Shown here piece after piece: positions 27,506 to 36,488 of a stretch of DNA of 64,000 nt. A program made the position numbers and the translations under genes. The stretch covers positions 49,809-113,808 of the forward strand of contig JBILHA010000001.1 in the NCBI GenBank assembly GCA_044350705.1, in the 5' to 3' direction. The notes under the pieces are model-generated. The model worked only from the letters and a program-made list of their open reading frames with translations. It was not told where the DNA came from and made no database searches. Source of the stretch: Candidatus Kapaibacterium sp. Its GTDB lineage: Bacteria; Patescibacteriota; Patescibacteriia; UBA9934. Positions within the stretch are counted from its first letter, which is position 1. Every line of letters starts with the position of its first letter.

Positions 27506-28126
27506 ATGGCAGAACAAGAAAACATTCAGAATGCAGCTCCTGCAACGCAGGCTGCAGCTCCTCAAGCTGGTGGTTTCCAGCGAGGTAACGATCGCCGTGG
27601 TGGTCGTGGACAGGGTGGGCAACGTGGCGGTGGTCGTGGAGACCGTCGTGGCGGCCGTTCTCAGGAGCGTGACCCTCGTGAATTTGAACAGAAGACGCTT
27701 GAGCTTTCTCGCGTTACCCGTGTGACCAAGGGTGGTAAGCGCATGCGCTTCCGCGCGACGGTTGTTGTGGGTGACAAGAAGGGTCGTGTAGGCTTCGGAG
27801 TGGCAAAGGGCGCTGACGTGGCTATGGCGCTTGATAAAGCGTCACGTCAAGCAAAGAAGCGCTTAGTGCAGGTTCCTTTGCATAAGGGAACAATTCCTCA
27901 CGAGGTTGCTGCTAAGTTTGGTGCTGCAATGGTGATCATTAAGCCAGCTCCACAAGGTACTGGACTTAAGAGCGGTGGTCCTGCACGTATCGTGCTTGAA
28001 CTTGCCGGAGTACCGAATGCGGTTTCCAAGATTCTTGGTGGTAAGAATAAGATTAACAACGTAAAAGCTGCATTTGCTGCGCTGAAAATGTTGCGCAAAG
28101 AGAAGGCTTCTACGCCTTCCGCATAA
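27506..28126 (+). CDS. rpsE: 30S ribosomal protein S5 with RGG-rich N-terminal extension
   Basis: S5 core (RVTKGGKRMRFRA ...) preceded by GGFQRGNDRRGGRGQGGQRGGGRGDRRGG. Confidence 0.9.
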   Translation: MAEQENIQNAAPATQAAAPQAGGFQRGNDRRGGRGQGGQRGGGRGDRRGGRSQERDPREFEQKTLELSRVTRVTKGGKRMRFRATVVVGDKKGRVGFGVAKGADVAMALDKASRQAKKRLVQVPLHKGTIPHEVAAKFGAAMVIIKPAPQGTGLKSGGPARIVLELAGVPNAVSKILGGKNKINNVKAAFAALKMLRKEKASTPSA

Positions 28127-28135
28127 TCCTCTTCT

Positions 28136-28573
28136 ATGACGCTTTCATTACATGATCTTCGCCCTGGATTTGGCGCGAAGAAAGACAAGAAGCGCGTAGG
28201 TCGTGGCCTTGGTTCCAAGGGTACTACGGCAGGACGCGGACAGAAGGGTCAGTCTTCTCGTGCGGGTGCAAGTGGTTTGCAGCGTATTGGTTCACGCCAT
28301 CTTATGCTTGCTACGCCAAAGCTCCGTGGATTTAAGGCACTTTCTTCTGGAGCACAGGCGGTTAATCTCGCGGATATCGCGGGCGCGTTTGTTGCGGGTG
28401 AAGTAGTTACTCCACGCACGTTGTCTAAAAAGGGATTGGTTCGCGATGCAAAACAGGATGTAAAAATCCTTGGCGTTGGCGAGCTCTCTCACGCAGTAAC
28501 GGTAAAAGGATGCCGTGTTTCGGCTACTGCACAAGCAGCTATTGAAAAAGCTGGTGGAAAGATTGAAGCCTAA
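28136..28573 (+). CDS. rplO: 50S ribosomal protein L15 (no L30 gene between S5 and L15)
   Basis: Typical L15 N-terminus KRVGRGLGSKGTTAGRGQKGQ. Confidence 0.93.
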   Translation: MTLSLHDLRPGFGAKKDKKRVGRGLGSKGTTAGRGQKGQSSRAGASGLQRIGSRHLMLATPKLRGFKALSSGAQAVNLADIAGAFVAGEVVTPRTLSKKGLVRDAKQDVKILGVGELSHAVTVKGCRVSATAQAAIEKAGGKIEA

Positions 28574-28584
28574 CCTCTCGTATT

Positions 28585-29838
28585 ATGGCCAGTGCATTGG
28601 TGCGTCTTTGGAAAGAGCCGGAAATTCGCAAGGGACTCCTCTTTATTCTCTTTGCGGTTACGGTATTTCGCGTTGTTGCCCATATTCCGGTTCCTGGTAT
28701 TGATGCCTCGAGCCTTGCAGCACTGCTTAATCAGAGTCAGCTTCTTGGTTTGCTCAACGTCTTTGCGGGAGGTACTTTGAGTAACTTTTCTGTCGTTGCA
28801 CTTGGCGTTGCTCCTTACATTACCGCATCGATTATCTTCCAGCTCCTTGGAATGATTTTTCCTTCGGTGGAAGAAATGCAAAAAGAAGAACAGGGACGTC
28901 GAACGCTTAATCGTTGGACGCGCGTTGCTACGGTTCCTCTTGCTGCATTGCAGGCATACAGCTTGATGGCTCTTCTTGGACAGCAGGGGATCTTTGGTGG
29001 AGTTGCCTTTACCTCTTGGCAGTGGGTTGTTGCAATCGCAACAATGACTGCGGGTACCGTGTTCCTTATGTGGCTTGGAGAGCTCATCTCTGAGCGCAAA
29101 ATGGGAAATGGTATCTCCATTCTCATCTTTGCGGGTATCGTTGCTTCGTTCCCTGCGTTCATTGCAAATGCAGCTGCTACGTATACGCCTTCTGAGTTGA
29201 TAGACATGCTTCTTTTTGCAGCATGTACTCTTCTTACGGTAGTAGGGGTGGTTTTCGTGAATGAGGCACAGCGTAATATTCCCGTGCAATATGCGCGTGG
29301 TGGATCAGGGAAGGTTTCTTCCAATCTTCCGCTTCGCGTGAATTTGGGAGGAATGATCCCTATTCTCTTTGCGATGTCGCTCGTTGTTACTCCTGGTCTT
29401 TTGGCGCAGTTCTTCGTGAATGCAAATACTGCCTGGGTTAGTGCTGCGGCACAGTGGATCATTGCTTTTACTAGCAATACGCTTGCCTACAGCCTTGTTC
29501 AGTTCTTCCTGGTTATTCTCTTCACCTTCTTCTACGCGTCTATTGTTTTCCGCCCAGAACAGGTTAGTGAGAATCTGCAAAAGCAGGGAGGCTTTATTCC
29601 GGGCGTACGGCCAGGGGAGGCTACGACAAAATACCTTCAGTGGGTGATGAATCGCATTCTCCTCATCGGTGCTGTATTTCTCGCGGTATTGGCAGTGTTG
29701 CCTTATATCGTGCAGGGTATTACCGGAAATCCGCTTCTTGCGGTGGGAGGAGCTTCGGTGCTCATCGTGGTTTCGGTGGTTATTGATGTGGTAAAGCAGG
29801 TAGAAGCCCAGCTTTCCATGCGCTCCTACGATGCGTAG
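28585..29838 (+). CDS. secY: preprotein translocase subunit SecY
   Basis: 10 TM segments. SecY plug and hinge motifs. Confidence 0.93.
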   Translation: MASALVRLWKEPEIRKGLLFILFAVTVFRVVAHIPVPGIDASSLAALLNQSQLLGLLNVFAGGTLSNFSVVALGVAPYITASIIFQLLGMIFPSVEEMQKEEQGRRTLNRWTRVATVPLAALQAYSLMALLGQQGIFGGVAFTSWQWVVAIATMTAGTVFLMWLGELISERKMGNGISILIFAGIVASFPAFIANAAATYTPSELIDMLLFAACTLLTVVGVVFVNEAQRNIPVQYARGGSGKVSSNLPLRVNLGGMIPILFAMSLVVTPGLLAQFFVNANTAWVSAAAQWIIAFTSNTLAYSLVQFFLVILFTFFYASIVFRPEQVSENLQKQGGFIPGVRPGEATTKYLQWVMNRILLIGAVFLAVLAVLPYIVQGITGNPLLAVGGASVLIVVSVVIDVVKQVEAQLSMRSYDA

Positions 29839-29854
29839 AGGTATTCCTAAAAAA

Positions 29855-29896
29855 AGAGACACCATCCTTTACCGGGTGGTGTCTCTTTGGTTTTTG
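29855..29896 (+). terminator. intrinsic terminator between secY and adk
   Basis: agagacacca ... tggtgtctct followed by ttggttttt. Confidence 0.55.
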
Positions 29897-29946
29897 CGGG
29901 ATGAAATGCTGGATGAAAATTGTGAAATGCTTTACACTGTACCCGT

Positions 29947-30498
29947 ATGTACAAAATTCTCCTCTTGGGTCCACAGGGTTCGGGAAAGGGTACGCAGGCT
30001 GAGCGCTTGAGTCAGCGCCTTGGCATTCCTACGCTTTCCATGGGGCAGCTTTTGCGGGATGTTATTGCGGAGGAGGGGATTTTGGCAGATCGTATTCGTG
30101 AAACAGTGCATGCGGGAGGATTAGTTTCTGATGATATTGCGATTACGATTCTTGATCGAAAGATCCAGGAACTTGGAGCGAAGGATGGATACATTCTTGA
30201 CGGCTTTCCTCGTAATGAGGCGCAGTTGAAGGCGTATGATGCATATGACCACCCGACGCATGTCGTGGTTATTGAAATTCCTCGCGATATTTCGCTTGAT
30301 CGTATTGCGCATCGGTCGCGTGTTGAACAGCGCGTTGATGATACTCCCGAGGTCATTGCGCATCGCTTAGATGTGTATGAGCAGGAGTCGATTCCTATGC
30401 TCGCATATTATGAGCCTCGAGGTATTGTTCGTCGGGTTGATGGTATGGGCACGGTTGATGAGGTAGAGCAGAGAATTAAAGATGCGGTTGGAGCATAA
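29947..30498 (+). CDS. adk: adenylate kinase, short-LID type
   Basis: GPQGSGKGTQ P-loop. 183 aa with no zinc-LID insertion. Confidence 0.9.
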   Translation: MYKILLLGPQGSGKGTQAERLSQRLGIPTLSMGQLLRDVIAEEGILADRIRETVHAGGLVSDDIAITILDRKIQELGAKDGYILDGFPRNEAQLKAYDAYDHPTHVVVIEIPRDISLDRIAHRSRVEQRVDDTPEVIAHRLDVYEQESIPMLAYYEPRGIVRRVDGMGTVDEVEQRIKDAVGA

Positions 30499-30506
30499 AA
30501 CAGGTT

Positions 30507-31286
30507 ATGGCCCTTATTAAGACACAACAGGATATTGATGCGATGCGCGAAGGCGGAGCGCTGCTTTCGCGCGCGCTTCAAAAAGCGGTTGATGCGGTAA
30601 AGCCCGGAGTCACCATGCGCGAGCTTGATGCCATTGCTGAACAAGAGATTTTGGCTGGGGGCGGAAAGCCTTCCTTTAAAGGGTATAAAGCGGGAGGGAA
30701 GATCCCCTTTCCTTCGACGGTTTGTATTTCCGTAAACGATGAAGTGGTTCATGGGCTTGGTACGCGTGACATTGTTTTACAAGAAGGTGATATTGTGGGT
30801 TTGGATATTGGTTGTTGGTATAAGGACTTGTGTACCGATATGGCGGTTACGGTTCCTGTGGGAAAGATTTCTCAGGAGCGTAAAACCTTATTGAAGATTA
30901 CGCGAGATGCGATGTATGCAGGCGTTGATGCGGCAATTGTGGGAAAGACAACGCACGATATGGCTGCTGCTATTGAGAGCACGGTTCCCCAAAAATATGG
31001 CATTGTGAAATCTTTGGTTGGCCATGGTGTTGGACACGCGGTTCATGAATCGCCGCATGTGCCAAACTTTGTAAGCAAGGCCTTTCCGAAGACCCTTCTT
31101 CGTACGGGAATGTGTTTAGCGATTGAACCTATGGTTACTCGCGGCACGGATGACGTTTATATTTCTTCGGATGGCTGGACGATTGTTACTGCAGATGGGA
31201 CCGATGCTGCGCATTTTGAGGTGACTATTGCACTCACTGAGCAGGGTCCTGAAATTTTGACGCCACAGCCGGAAATTGGTGTGTAA
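30507..31286 (+). CDS. map: methionine aminopeptidase type I
   Basis: Pita-bread fold motifs, HGVGHAVHE. Confidence 0.92.
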   Translation: MALIKTQQDIDAMREGGALLSRALQKAVDAVKPGVTMRELDAIAEQEILAGGGKPSFKGYKAGGKIPFPSTVCISVNDEVVHGLGTRDIVLQEGDIVGLDIGCWYKDLCTDMAVTVPVGKISQERKTLLKITRDAMYAGVDAAIVGKTTHDMAAAIESTVPQKYGIVKSLVGHGVGHAVHESPHVPNFVSKAFPKTLLRTGMCLAIEPMVTRGTDDVYISSDGWTIVTADGTDAAHFEVTIALTEQGPEILTPQPEIGV

Positions 31287-31312
31287 GGTGGGTGTAGGGT
31301 CTGTAAAATTTT

Positions 31313-31537
31313 ATGCATGAAGAGCGCGATCAACAAAAAGATGAACAATGGATTCGGGATGTTTGCACGAGACTTGTGCCTTCCGAGACGTTGTATGTAC
31401 GTCATGAATACTATGATGGGGGATATGAAGTTCGTGTTGGCTCGTATACGTTTTTTATGGAGTATGAGGTGCTCGATCATGCGGATGAAGATTGGGTTCG
31501 ACAACTTTTAATCAAAGGAGGGTATTCTCTTGAGTAG
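31313..31537 (+). CDS. hypothetical small protein
   Basis: 74 aa ORF occupying the position where infA/rpmJ normally sit. Not IF-1. Confidence 0.35.
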   Translation: MHEERDQQKDEQWIRDVCTRLVPSETLYVRHEYYDGGYEVRVGSYTFFMEYEVLDHADEDWVRQLLIKGGYSLE

Positions 31538-31539
31538 CT

Positions 31540-32004
31540 ATGAAAAAAGGTGATGTTTGGGGGTTTATTAGTCTCATCCTTATTCTCGGAGCTCTTGCTG
31601 CACTTTTTGTATTTTCTCCTGAGCGACGAGAGATTATTTTTCAGCCTTTAGAAGTGCCTGGTAGTGCGTTGGTACTTGTAGAAGCACGGAAAGAGGGGGT
31701 GATTGTTGATGCAGTTTTGGGTAAGTCTGGCTTTGTTACGCTTCATCAGCGTATTGGCGATGCGCCTGGACCTCTTGTGGCAACCTCGTCTCTTTTAGCG
31801 AAAGGTATTCACTCCGCACTTGCCCTTTCTGTGACTGGTGGACTTCAGGAGCTTGATAGCTATGTGCTGCTTATGGTTGCTGATGATGGAGATGGGGTCT
31901 ATGAAGCTGGAGTAGACCTTCCGGTTATGGTCAATGGTACGGTTATCCGTGTTCCGGTGGTGTTAGAAGGTGAAGAAGAGGGAATGGGGGAGGTTGAGGA
32001 ATAG
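31540..32004 (+). CDS. hypothetical membrane-anchored protein
   Basis: N-terminal TM helix and acidic C-terminus. No family recognised. Confidence 0.4.
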   Translation: MKKGDVWGFISLILILGALAALFVFSPERREIIFQPLEVPGSALVLVEARKEGVIVDAVLGKSGFVTLHQRIGDAPGPLVATSSLLAKGIHSALALSVTGGLQELDSYVLLMVADDGDGVYEAGVDLPVMVNGTVIRVPVVLEGEEEGMGEVEE

Positions 32005-32007
32005 CGC

Positions 32008-32409
32008 ATGAAATACTTGGGTATCGATTACGGTACGAGAAAGATCGGACTCGCTCTTGGGGAGTCTGTTTCGCGTACCGCGATGCCGCTTGAAGTTTTT
32101 GTTGGTGGGGATGATGCGGTAGAGCGTATTTGTGCCTTAGCGCAGCAAGAGCATATTGATGCATTTGTCGTCGGGATTCCTGTACCTTTTCATACAGGAC
32201 AGCCGCGTACCCAATTTGATCGTGCTCAACGTTTTGCGGATGCTTTGGAAAATATGTCGCGACTCCCTGTATACAAAATTGATGAAGTATTTACTTCTCG
32301 AGAAGCACAGCGTATTCAGGATGAATACGGAAGTCGTGTTCCGGAAGATGCTCTTGCGGCCATGATGCTCGTACAGGAATATTTTGATAATCATCTCTCC
32401 TCTTCGTAG
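32008..32409 (+). CDS. ruvX: Holliday-junction resolvase-like nuclease RuvX/YqgF
   Basis: MKYLGIDYGTRKIGLALG ... RNase H-like fold motifs. Confidence 0.85.
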   Translation: MKYLGIDYGTRKIGLALGESVSRTAMPLEVFVGGDDAVERICALAQQEHIDAFVVGIPVPFHTGQPRTQFDRAQRFADALENMSRLPVYKIDEVFTSREAQRIQDEYGSRVPEDALAAMMLVQEYFDNHLSSS

Positions 32410-32428
32410 GAGAAGCGTGTGGAGGAGT

Positions 32429-33202
32429 ATGTGGTTTTCTCAAAAAACGGAAGCGATTATCTTGACCGTCCATCCCTGGAAAGAAGCGGATAAGCGGTAT
32501 GTTGCGCTGACTCGTGATTGCGGAAAGGTTGAGTTTATTGGACGCGGTGCACGGAAGGGGAAGGCAAAGCTTGCGGCGCATTTAGAGCCTTTTGCTCGCG
32601 TGCAACTGGAACTTGTTGTTGGTCGTCGGCAAACGACCGTTATTGGCGTTGAGCGTCTCGAGCATTTTTCTGGAATTGCGTATTCGCTTGAACACCGATT
32701 GGTTGCACAAGCGGCATCTTCCTTGCTTGATAAGACGTTGTATGTTGATCAGGTAGATGCGCATTTGTATTCAGAACTTTCCTCGTTCCTCCTTTTTTTG
32801 CATGGAACGGAAACGCTTTCTTCTGCTCGTGGCGCATTTGTTCTTGGAGGCTTTTTACTTCGCCTTATGCGACATTTGGGATACGAGACAGAATTGCATG
32901 CGTGTTTAGGGTGCCAAGATGCTATTCAGCCGCTTTCGTTTCGTTGGCATGATGCACGGGGAGGGCTTGTGTGCACAACGTGTTTACTTGATAAGCAAAA
33001 AGAGTGGGTAACTGCGCGAAGAATTGATGAGGAAATCGTCACATTGTTGCGTTTTGCGCGCGATGCGGGATATGAGGATTTAATGAAGGCTGGGCTTCGG
33101 GGGGAGCATTTGGAGCATTTTTCATCATGTGTTCATGATTTGTTGAGAATTCATGTTCCTGGGTATGTAGATAGGCCGTATTGGGAGATGGTTGTTGTGT
33201 GA
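32429..33202 (+). CDS. recO: DNA repair protein RecO
   Basis: OB-fold N-domain. C4 zinc finger CLGCQ ... CTTC. GGAGGAG Shine-Dalgarno. Confidence 0.85.
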   Translation: MWFSQKTEAIILTVHPWKEADKRYVALTRDCGKVEFIGRGARKGKAKLAAHLEPFARVQLELVVGRRQTTVIGVERLEHFSGIAYSLEHRLVAQAASSLLDKTLYVDQVDAHLYSELSSFLLFLHGTETLSSARGAFVLGGFLLRLMRHLGYETELHACLGCQDAIQPLSFRWHDARGGLVCTTCLLDKQKEWVTARRIDEEIVTLLRFARDAGYEDLMKAGLRGEHLEHFSSCVHDLLRIHVPGYVDRPYWEMVVV

Positions 33203-33247
33203 TGGGAGTGAGGGGAGTGATGGGAGTAAAGGGAGTAGGGGGAGTGG
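33203..33247. repeat. five tandem 9-bp G-rich repeats (RRDGGGAGT); G-quadruplex-capable (six GGG runs)
   Basis: gatgggagt gaggggagt gatgggagt aaagggagt agggggagt ggg, read directly. Confidence 0.7.
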
Positions 33248-33298
33248 GTTGATGGTTGACGCTTGATGGATGGATTGCGGGGAATGGAATAACGGGGG

Positions 33299-33326
33299 TT
33301 GCGTGTGTTTTTAACTGTGTTATAGT
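33299..33326 (+). promoter_or_regulatory. promoter-like element for the asnS leader (TTGCGT-N16-TgtTATAGT)
   Basis: Hexamers. Placement about 10 nt before the predicted leader start. Confidence 0.4.
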
Positions 33327-33334
33327 GATTTTAG

Positions 33335-33528
33335 AGACGCTTGAGGCGATTTGAACACCGCCGAGTCCGGGAAAGAAATTCTTTGTCGTAAGATGAGAAG
33401 AGTAGAATCCTGCGGGTTGCGCCCGTTAGCGCGTAGAAGAGTACAAAGTAAGGTGGCACCGCGGAGAAATTCGCCCTTACATGATCGTGATGTTTGAACA
33501 TCGTGATTTTGTAAGAGCGATTTTTTTA
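33335..33528 (+). promoter_or_regulatory. T-box riboswitch-like leader upstream of asnS
   Basis: F-box CCGTTA (33423-33428). Two AGTA boxes. T-box sequence AGGTGGCACCGCGG (33451-33464). Terminator cgcccttaca ... tgtaagagcg + T7 (33472-33527). AAC followed by A is present in the stem I region. Confidence 0.6.
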
Positions 33529-33579
33529 ATTCATATTTGAGACGCTGGACCCCGGGTCGATACCGGGTGACGCATTCGT

Positions 33580-34881
33580 ATGTATACCTCTATTGCACAT
33601 CTCAAAGATTTCGTTGGACAAGAAGTGACGCTTAAGGGCTGGGCATATAACTTCCGTTCAAGTGGAAAGATTTATTTTCTTCAGCTTCGTGATGGATCTG
33701 GATTTGTTCAGGTTGTGTTTAGTGCGGGTGATTTGACTCAGGAAGTTTGGGAGCAGTTAAAGGGAGTGACGCTTGAATCTTCTGTTGAAGTGAAGGGTAT
33801 TGTGAAGGCGGAGCCACGTGCACAGGGTGGTTTTGAAGTGCAGGGAACCGCATTTGTTCCTTTTCATATCAATACTGAGGAATATCCTGTTGGTAAGAAG
33901 GAGCATGGACCGGAGTTTCTTTTTGATAACCGTGATTTGTATCTTCGCTCGCAAACACCTTGGGCGGTACTTCGTATTCGTGATCGCGTTTTCTTTTCTA
34001 TTGAACAATTCTTCCACGAAGAGGGATTCATTCGTTTTGATACGCCGGTTCTTCAGCCAACAAGCTGTGAAGATACGACCCAGTTGTTTACCGTTGATTA
34101 TTACGGAACGCCGATGTACTTATCGCAGAGCGGTCAGCTTTATAGCGAGGCCGGTATTATGGGATTTGGAAAGGTGTATGACTTTGGTCCGGTATTTCGT
34201 GCAGAGAAGAGTAAGACTCGTCACCATTTGAGCGAACTTTGGATGATGGATGCGGAAATGGCGTTTTACGATCAGAACATGAACATGGATGTGCAGGAAA
34301 AAATGGTGAAGCGTATTGTTGCGGATGTGTTGCGTGATTGTCAGCAAGAGCTTCAGATTTTGGAGCGTGACACGACGCTTTTGCAAAAGCTTGTAGACAC
34401 GCCGTTTATTCGTAAGACGCATGCTGAAGTAAAGGCAGAGCTTGCGGCTGATGGTCTTACCGTTGATGCACTTGATGACATGAGTACGGAAGAGGAGATT
34501 TATCTTGGTGAGAAGTATAAACTTCCGGTGTTCATTCAAGATTATCCTGCGGCAGTGAAGGCGTTTTACATGAAGCGCTTTACGGATGATGCCGGCGTGC
34601 TTCGTGCACGTTGTGCTGATTTAATTGCTCCTGAAGAAGGACGAGAAATTATTGGAGGAAGTCAGCGTAATGAGCATTATGATGAGTTGAAGAAGGAGAT
34701 TATTGATCGTGAATACCCCCTTGAAGAATACGAATGGTATTTGAACACAAGAAAGTTTGGATCGGTGCCGCACAGCGGATTCGGTATTGGTCTTGAACGT
34801 ACGGTTCGTTGGATTACTGGTGTTCATCATATTCGCGAAACGATTCCGTTCGCACGCATGTTGAATAGAAATCGTCCGTAG
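33580..34881 (+). CDS. asnS: asparaginyl-tRNA synthetase
   Basis: Class IIb: FRAEKSKTRHHLSELWMMDAEMAF. C-terminus EEYEWYLNTRKFGSVPHSGFGIGLER is AsnRS-like. Confidence 0.88.
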   Translation: MYTSIAHLKDFVGQEVTLKGWAYNFRSSGKIYFLQLRDGSGFVQVVFSAGDLTQEVWEQLKGVTLESSVEVKGIVKAEPRAQGGFEVQGTAFVPFHINTEEYPVGKKEHGPEFLFDNRDLYLRSQTPWAVLRIRDRVFFSIEQFFHEEGFIRFDTPVLQPTSCEDTTQLFTVDYYGTPMYLSQSGQLYSEAGIMGFGKVYDFGPVFRAEKSKTRHHLSELWMMDAEMAFYDQNMNMDVQEKMVKRIVADVLRDCQQELQILERDTTLLQKLVDTPFIRKTHAEVKAELAADGLTVDALDDMSTEEEIYLGEKYKLPVFIQDYPAAVKAFYMKRFTDDAGVLRARCADLIAPEEGREIIGGSQRNEHYDELKKEIIDREYPLEEYEWYLNTRKFGSVPHSGFGIGLERTVRWITGVHHIRETIPFARMLNRNRP

Positions 34882-34970
34882 GAAAAAATGGTTAAGTGGT
34901 TAACGTGGTTTTAGATCACATAACACTTTTATCAATTAACCATCTTAATCCATTCCACCATTTAAACATT

Positions 34971-36284
34971 ATGAAAAATCGAACATTAGTTAAGCAGTTG
35001 CCTGAACATTTGGGACAAGAAGTAACGATTGCTGGATGGCTTTCGAACTTGCGCGATAAGAAGCATTTTGGATTTGCGATTTTGCGTGATCGAACAGGTT
35101 TGGCGCAGGTTGTTTTGGACGCGCCGCATCTTGAGCAACTTAAGGGGTTGCAGCTTGAAACGGTGATTAAAGTGAAGGGACTTGTGAAAGAAAAGCAGTC
35201 CAAGGACCCTTCGATGAAAGAAGTTGAGGTGCAATGTGTGGAGCTTGAGATTTTGTCGCCGGTAACGGAGCCGGTGCCTGTTGAAATTGCAAAGCCGGAT
35301 CTTGATTCTCAACTTGATACGCTTCTTGATAATCGCGTGATCACGCTGCGTCACCCCAAGCAACGCGCGATATTTAAGATTCAGGCGGCGCTTGTGAAGG
35401 GATATCGATCGTACATGGATCGCCAAGGATTTACGGAAATCTTTTTCCCTATTTTGGCAGGTGCGGCCAGTGAAGGCGGTGCAGAATTTTTCAAAGTTGA
35501 CTACTACGGACGTGAGGCAACGCTTACGCAGTCGGCACAGCTGTATAAGCAAATTACCATGGGCGTTTATGAGGGAGTTTACGGTTTGTCGTATTCTTTC
35601 CGCGCAGAAAAGTTTGCGACATCTCGTCACCTCACAGAGTTTAACCAGTTCGAGTTTGAGATGGGATTTGTGGAAGATATGGAGGAGGTGATGGCGCATG
35701 CAGAAGGTTCGATTCGCGAAATGGTAGCAACGGTTGCGCGTGATTGTGCTGAAGAAATTGCGCTTCTTGGTGTCACGCTTCCGCCGCTTGGTGAACGCTT
35801 CCCACGTATCTCGCTGAAAGACGCGCTCTTGGCGTATAAGGAAGAAGGGGGAGTTGATGAGACGAGTGAGCCGGATTTGTCGCCAGCGGGGGAGCGATGG
35901 CTTTCGACTGAATGGGGTCCGAAGCACCACAATTGTGGATTTATCATTGTGACGGATTACCCAACGTCGAAGCGTCCGTTTTATGCGCTTCGTGACCCGA
36001 AGGATCCGACGAATACCATTACCTTTGACTTGATTGGTTTTGGGAGTGAGATTATTTCTGGTGGTATGCGCGTGAATCGTTATGAGGATCAGGTACAGGC
36101 GATTAAAGATAAGGGATTGGATCCGGCGCAATTTGAGGATTACCTCATGATGCACAAGTACGGCATTCCTCCAGAAGGGGGATTTGGTATGGGATTGCAG
36201 CGTTTGACGCAGAACTTGCTTGGTCTTGCGAATGTGAAAGAGGCAACCATTTTCCCTCGCGATGTGCAGCGATTGAGACCGTAG
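34971..36284 (+). CDS. aspS: aspartyl-tRNA synthetase, archaeal/eukaryotic short type
   Basis: No GAD insertion. FRAEKFATSRHLTEFNQFEFEMGF. C-terminus GIPPEGGFGMGLQRL ... FPRDVQRLRP. Confidence 0.88.
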   Translation: MKNRTLVKQLPEHLGQEVTIAGWLSNLRDKKHFGFAILRDRTGLAQVVLDAPHLEQLKGLQLETVIKVKGLVKEKQSKDPSMKEVEVQCVELEILSPVTEPVPVEIAKPDLDSQLDTLLDNRVITLRHPKQRAIFKIQAALVKGYRSYMDRQGFTEIFFPILAGAASEGGAEFFKVDYYGREATLTQSAQLYKQITMGVYEGVYGLSYSFRAEKFATSRHLTEFNQFEFEMGFVEDMEEVMAHAEGSIREMVATVARDCAEEIALLGVTLPPLGERFPRISLKDALLAYKEEGGVDETSEPDLSPAGERWLSTEWGPKHHNCGFIIVTDYPTSKRPFYALRDPKDPTNTITFDLIGFGSEIISGGMRVNRYEDQVQAIKDKGLDPAQFEDYLMMHKYGIPPEGGFGMGLQRLTQNLLGLANVKEATIFPRDVQRLRP

Positions 36285-36307
36285 GTTTGTTACTCTCATG
36301 GTGTTAT

Positions 36308-36352
36308 AAAAATACTCCCCTTATACCTTTTGGTATTTGTGGGAGTATTTTT
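36308..36352 (+). terminator. intrinsic terminator after aspS
   Basis: aaaatactccc ... gggagtattttt. Confidence 0.55.
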
Positions 36353-36488
36353 GTACTTCAGATCTTTTCCACATCTCTCTATTCGTAAATATATTCAATG
36401 CACGATATGCTGAGGATTGTTAAAATGATGTGATTTTGTGTTTGATTATTAATGTAAAATTCTGTTTTCAGAAAGAGGTCCTCAACCG

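Noticed and set aside
28570-29289. 239-aa minus-strand ORF
   Set aside because: Antisense to secY.
34986-36299. 437-aa minus-strand ORF
   Set aside because: Antisense to aspS, which has clear class IIb motifs.
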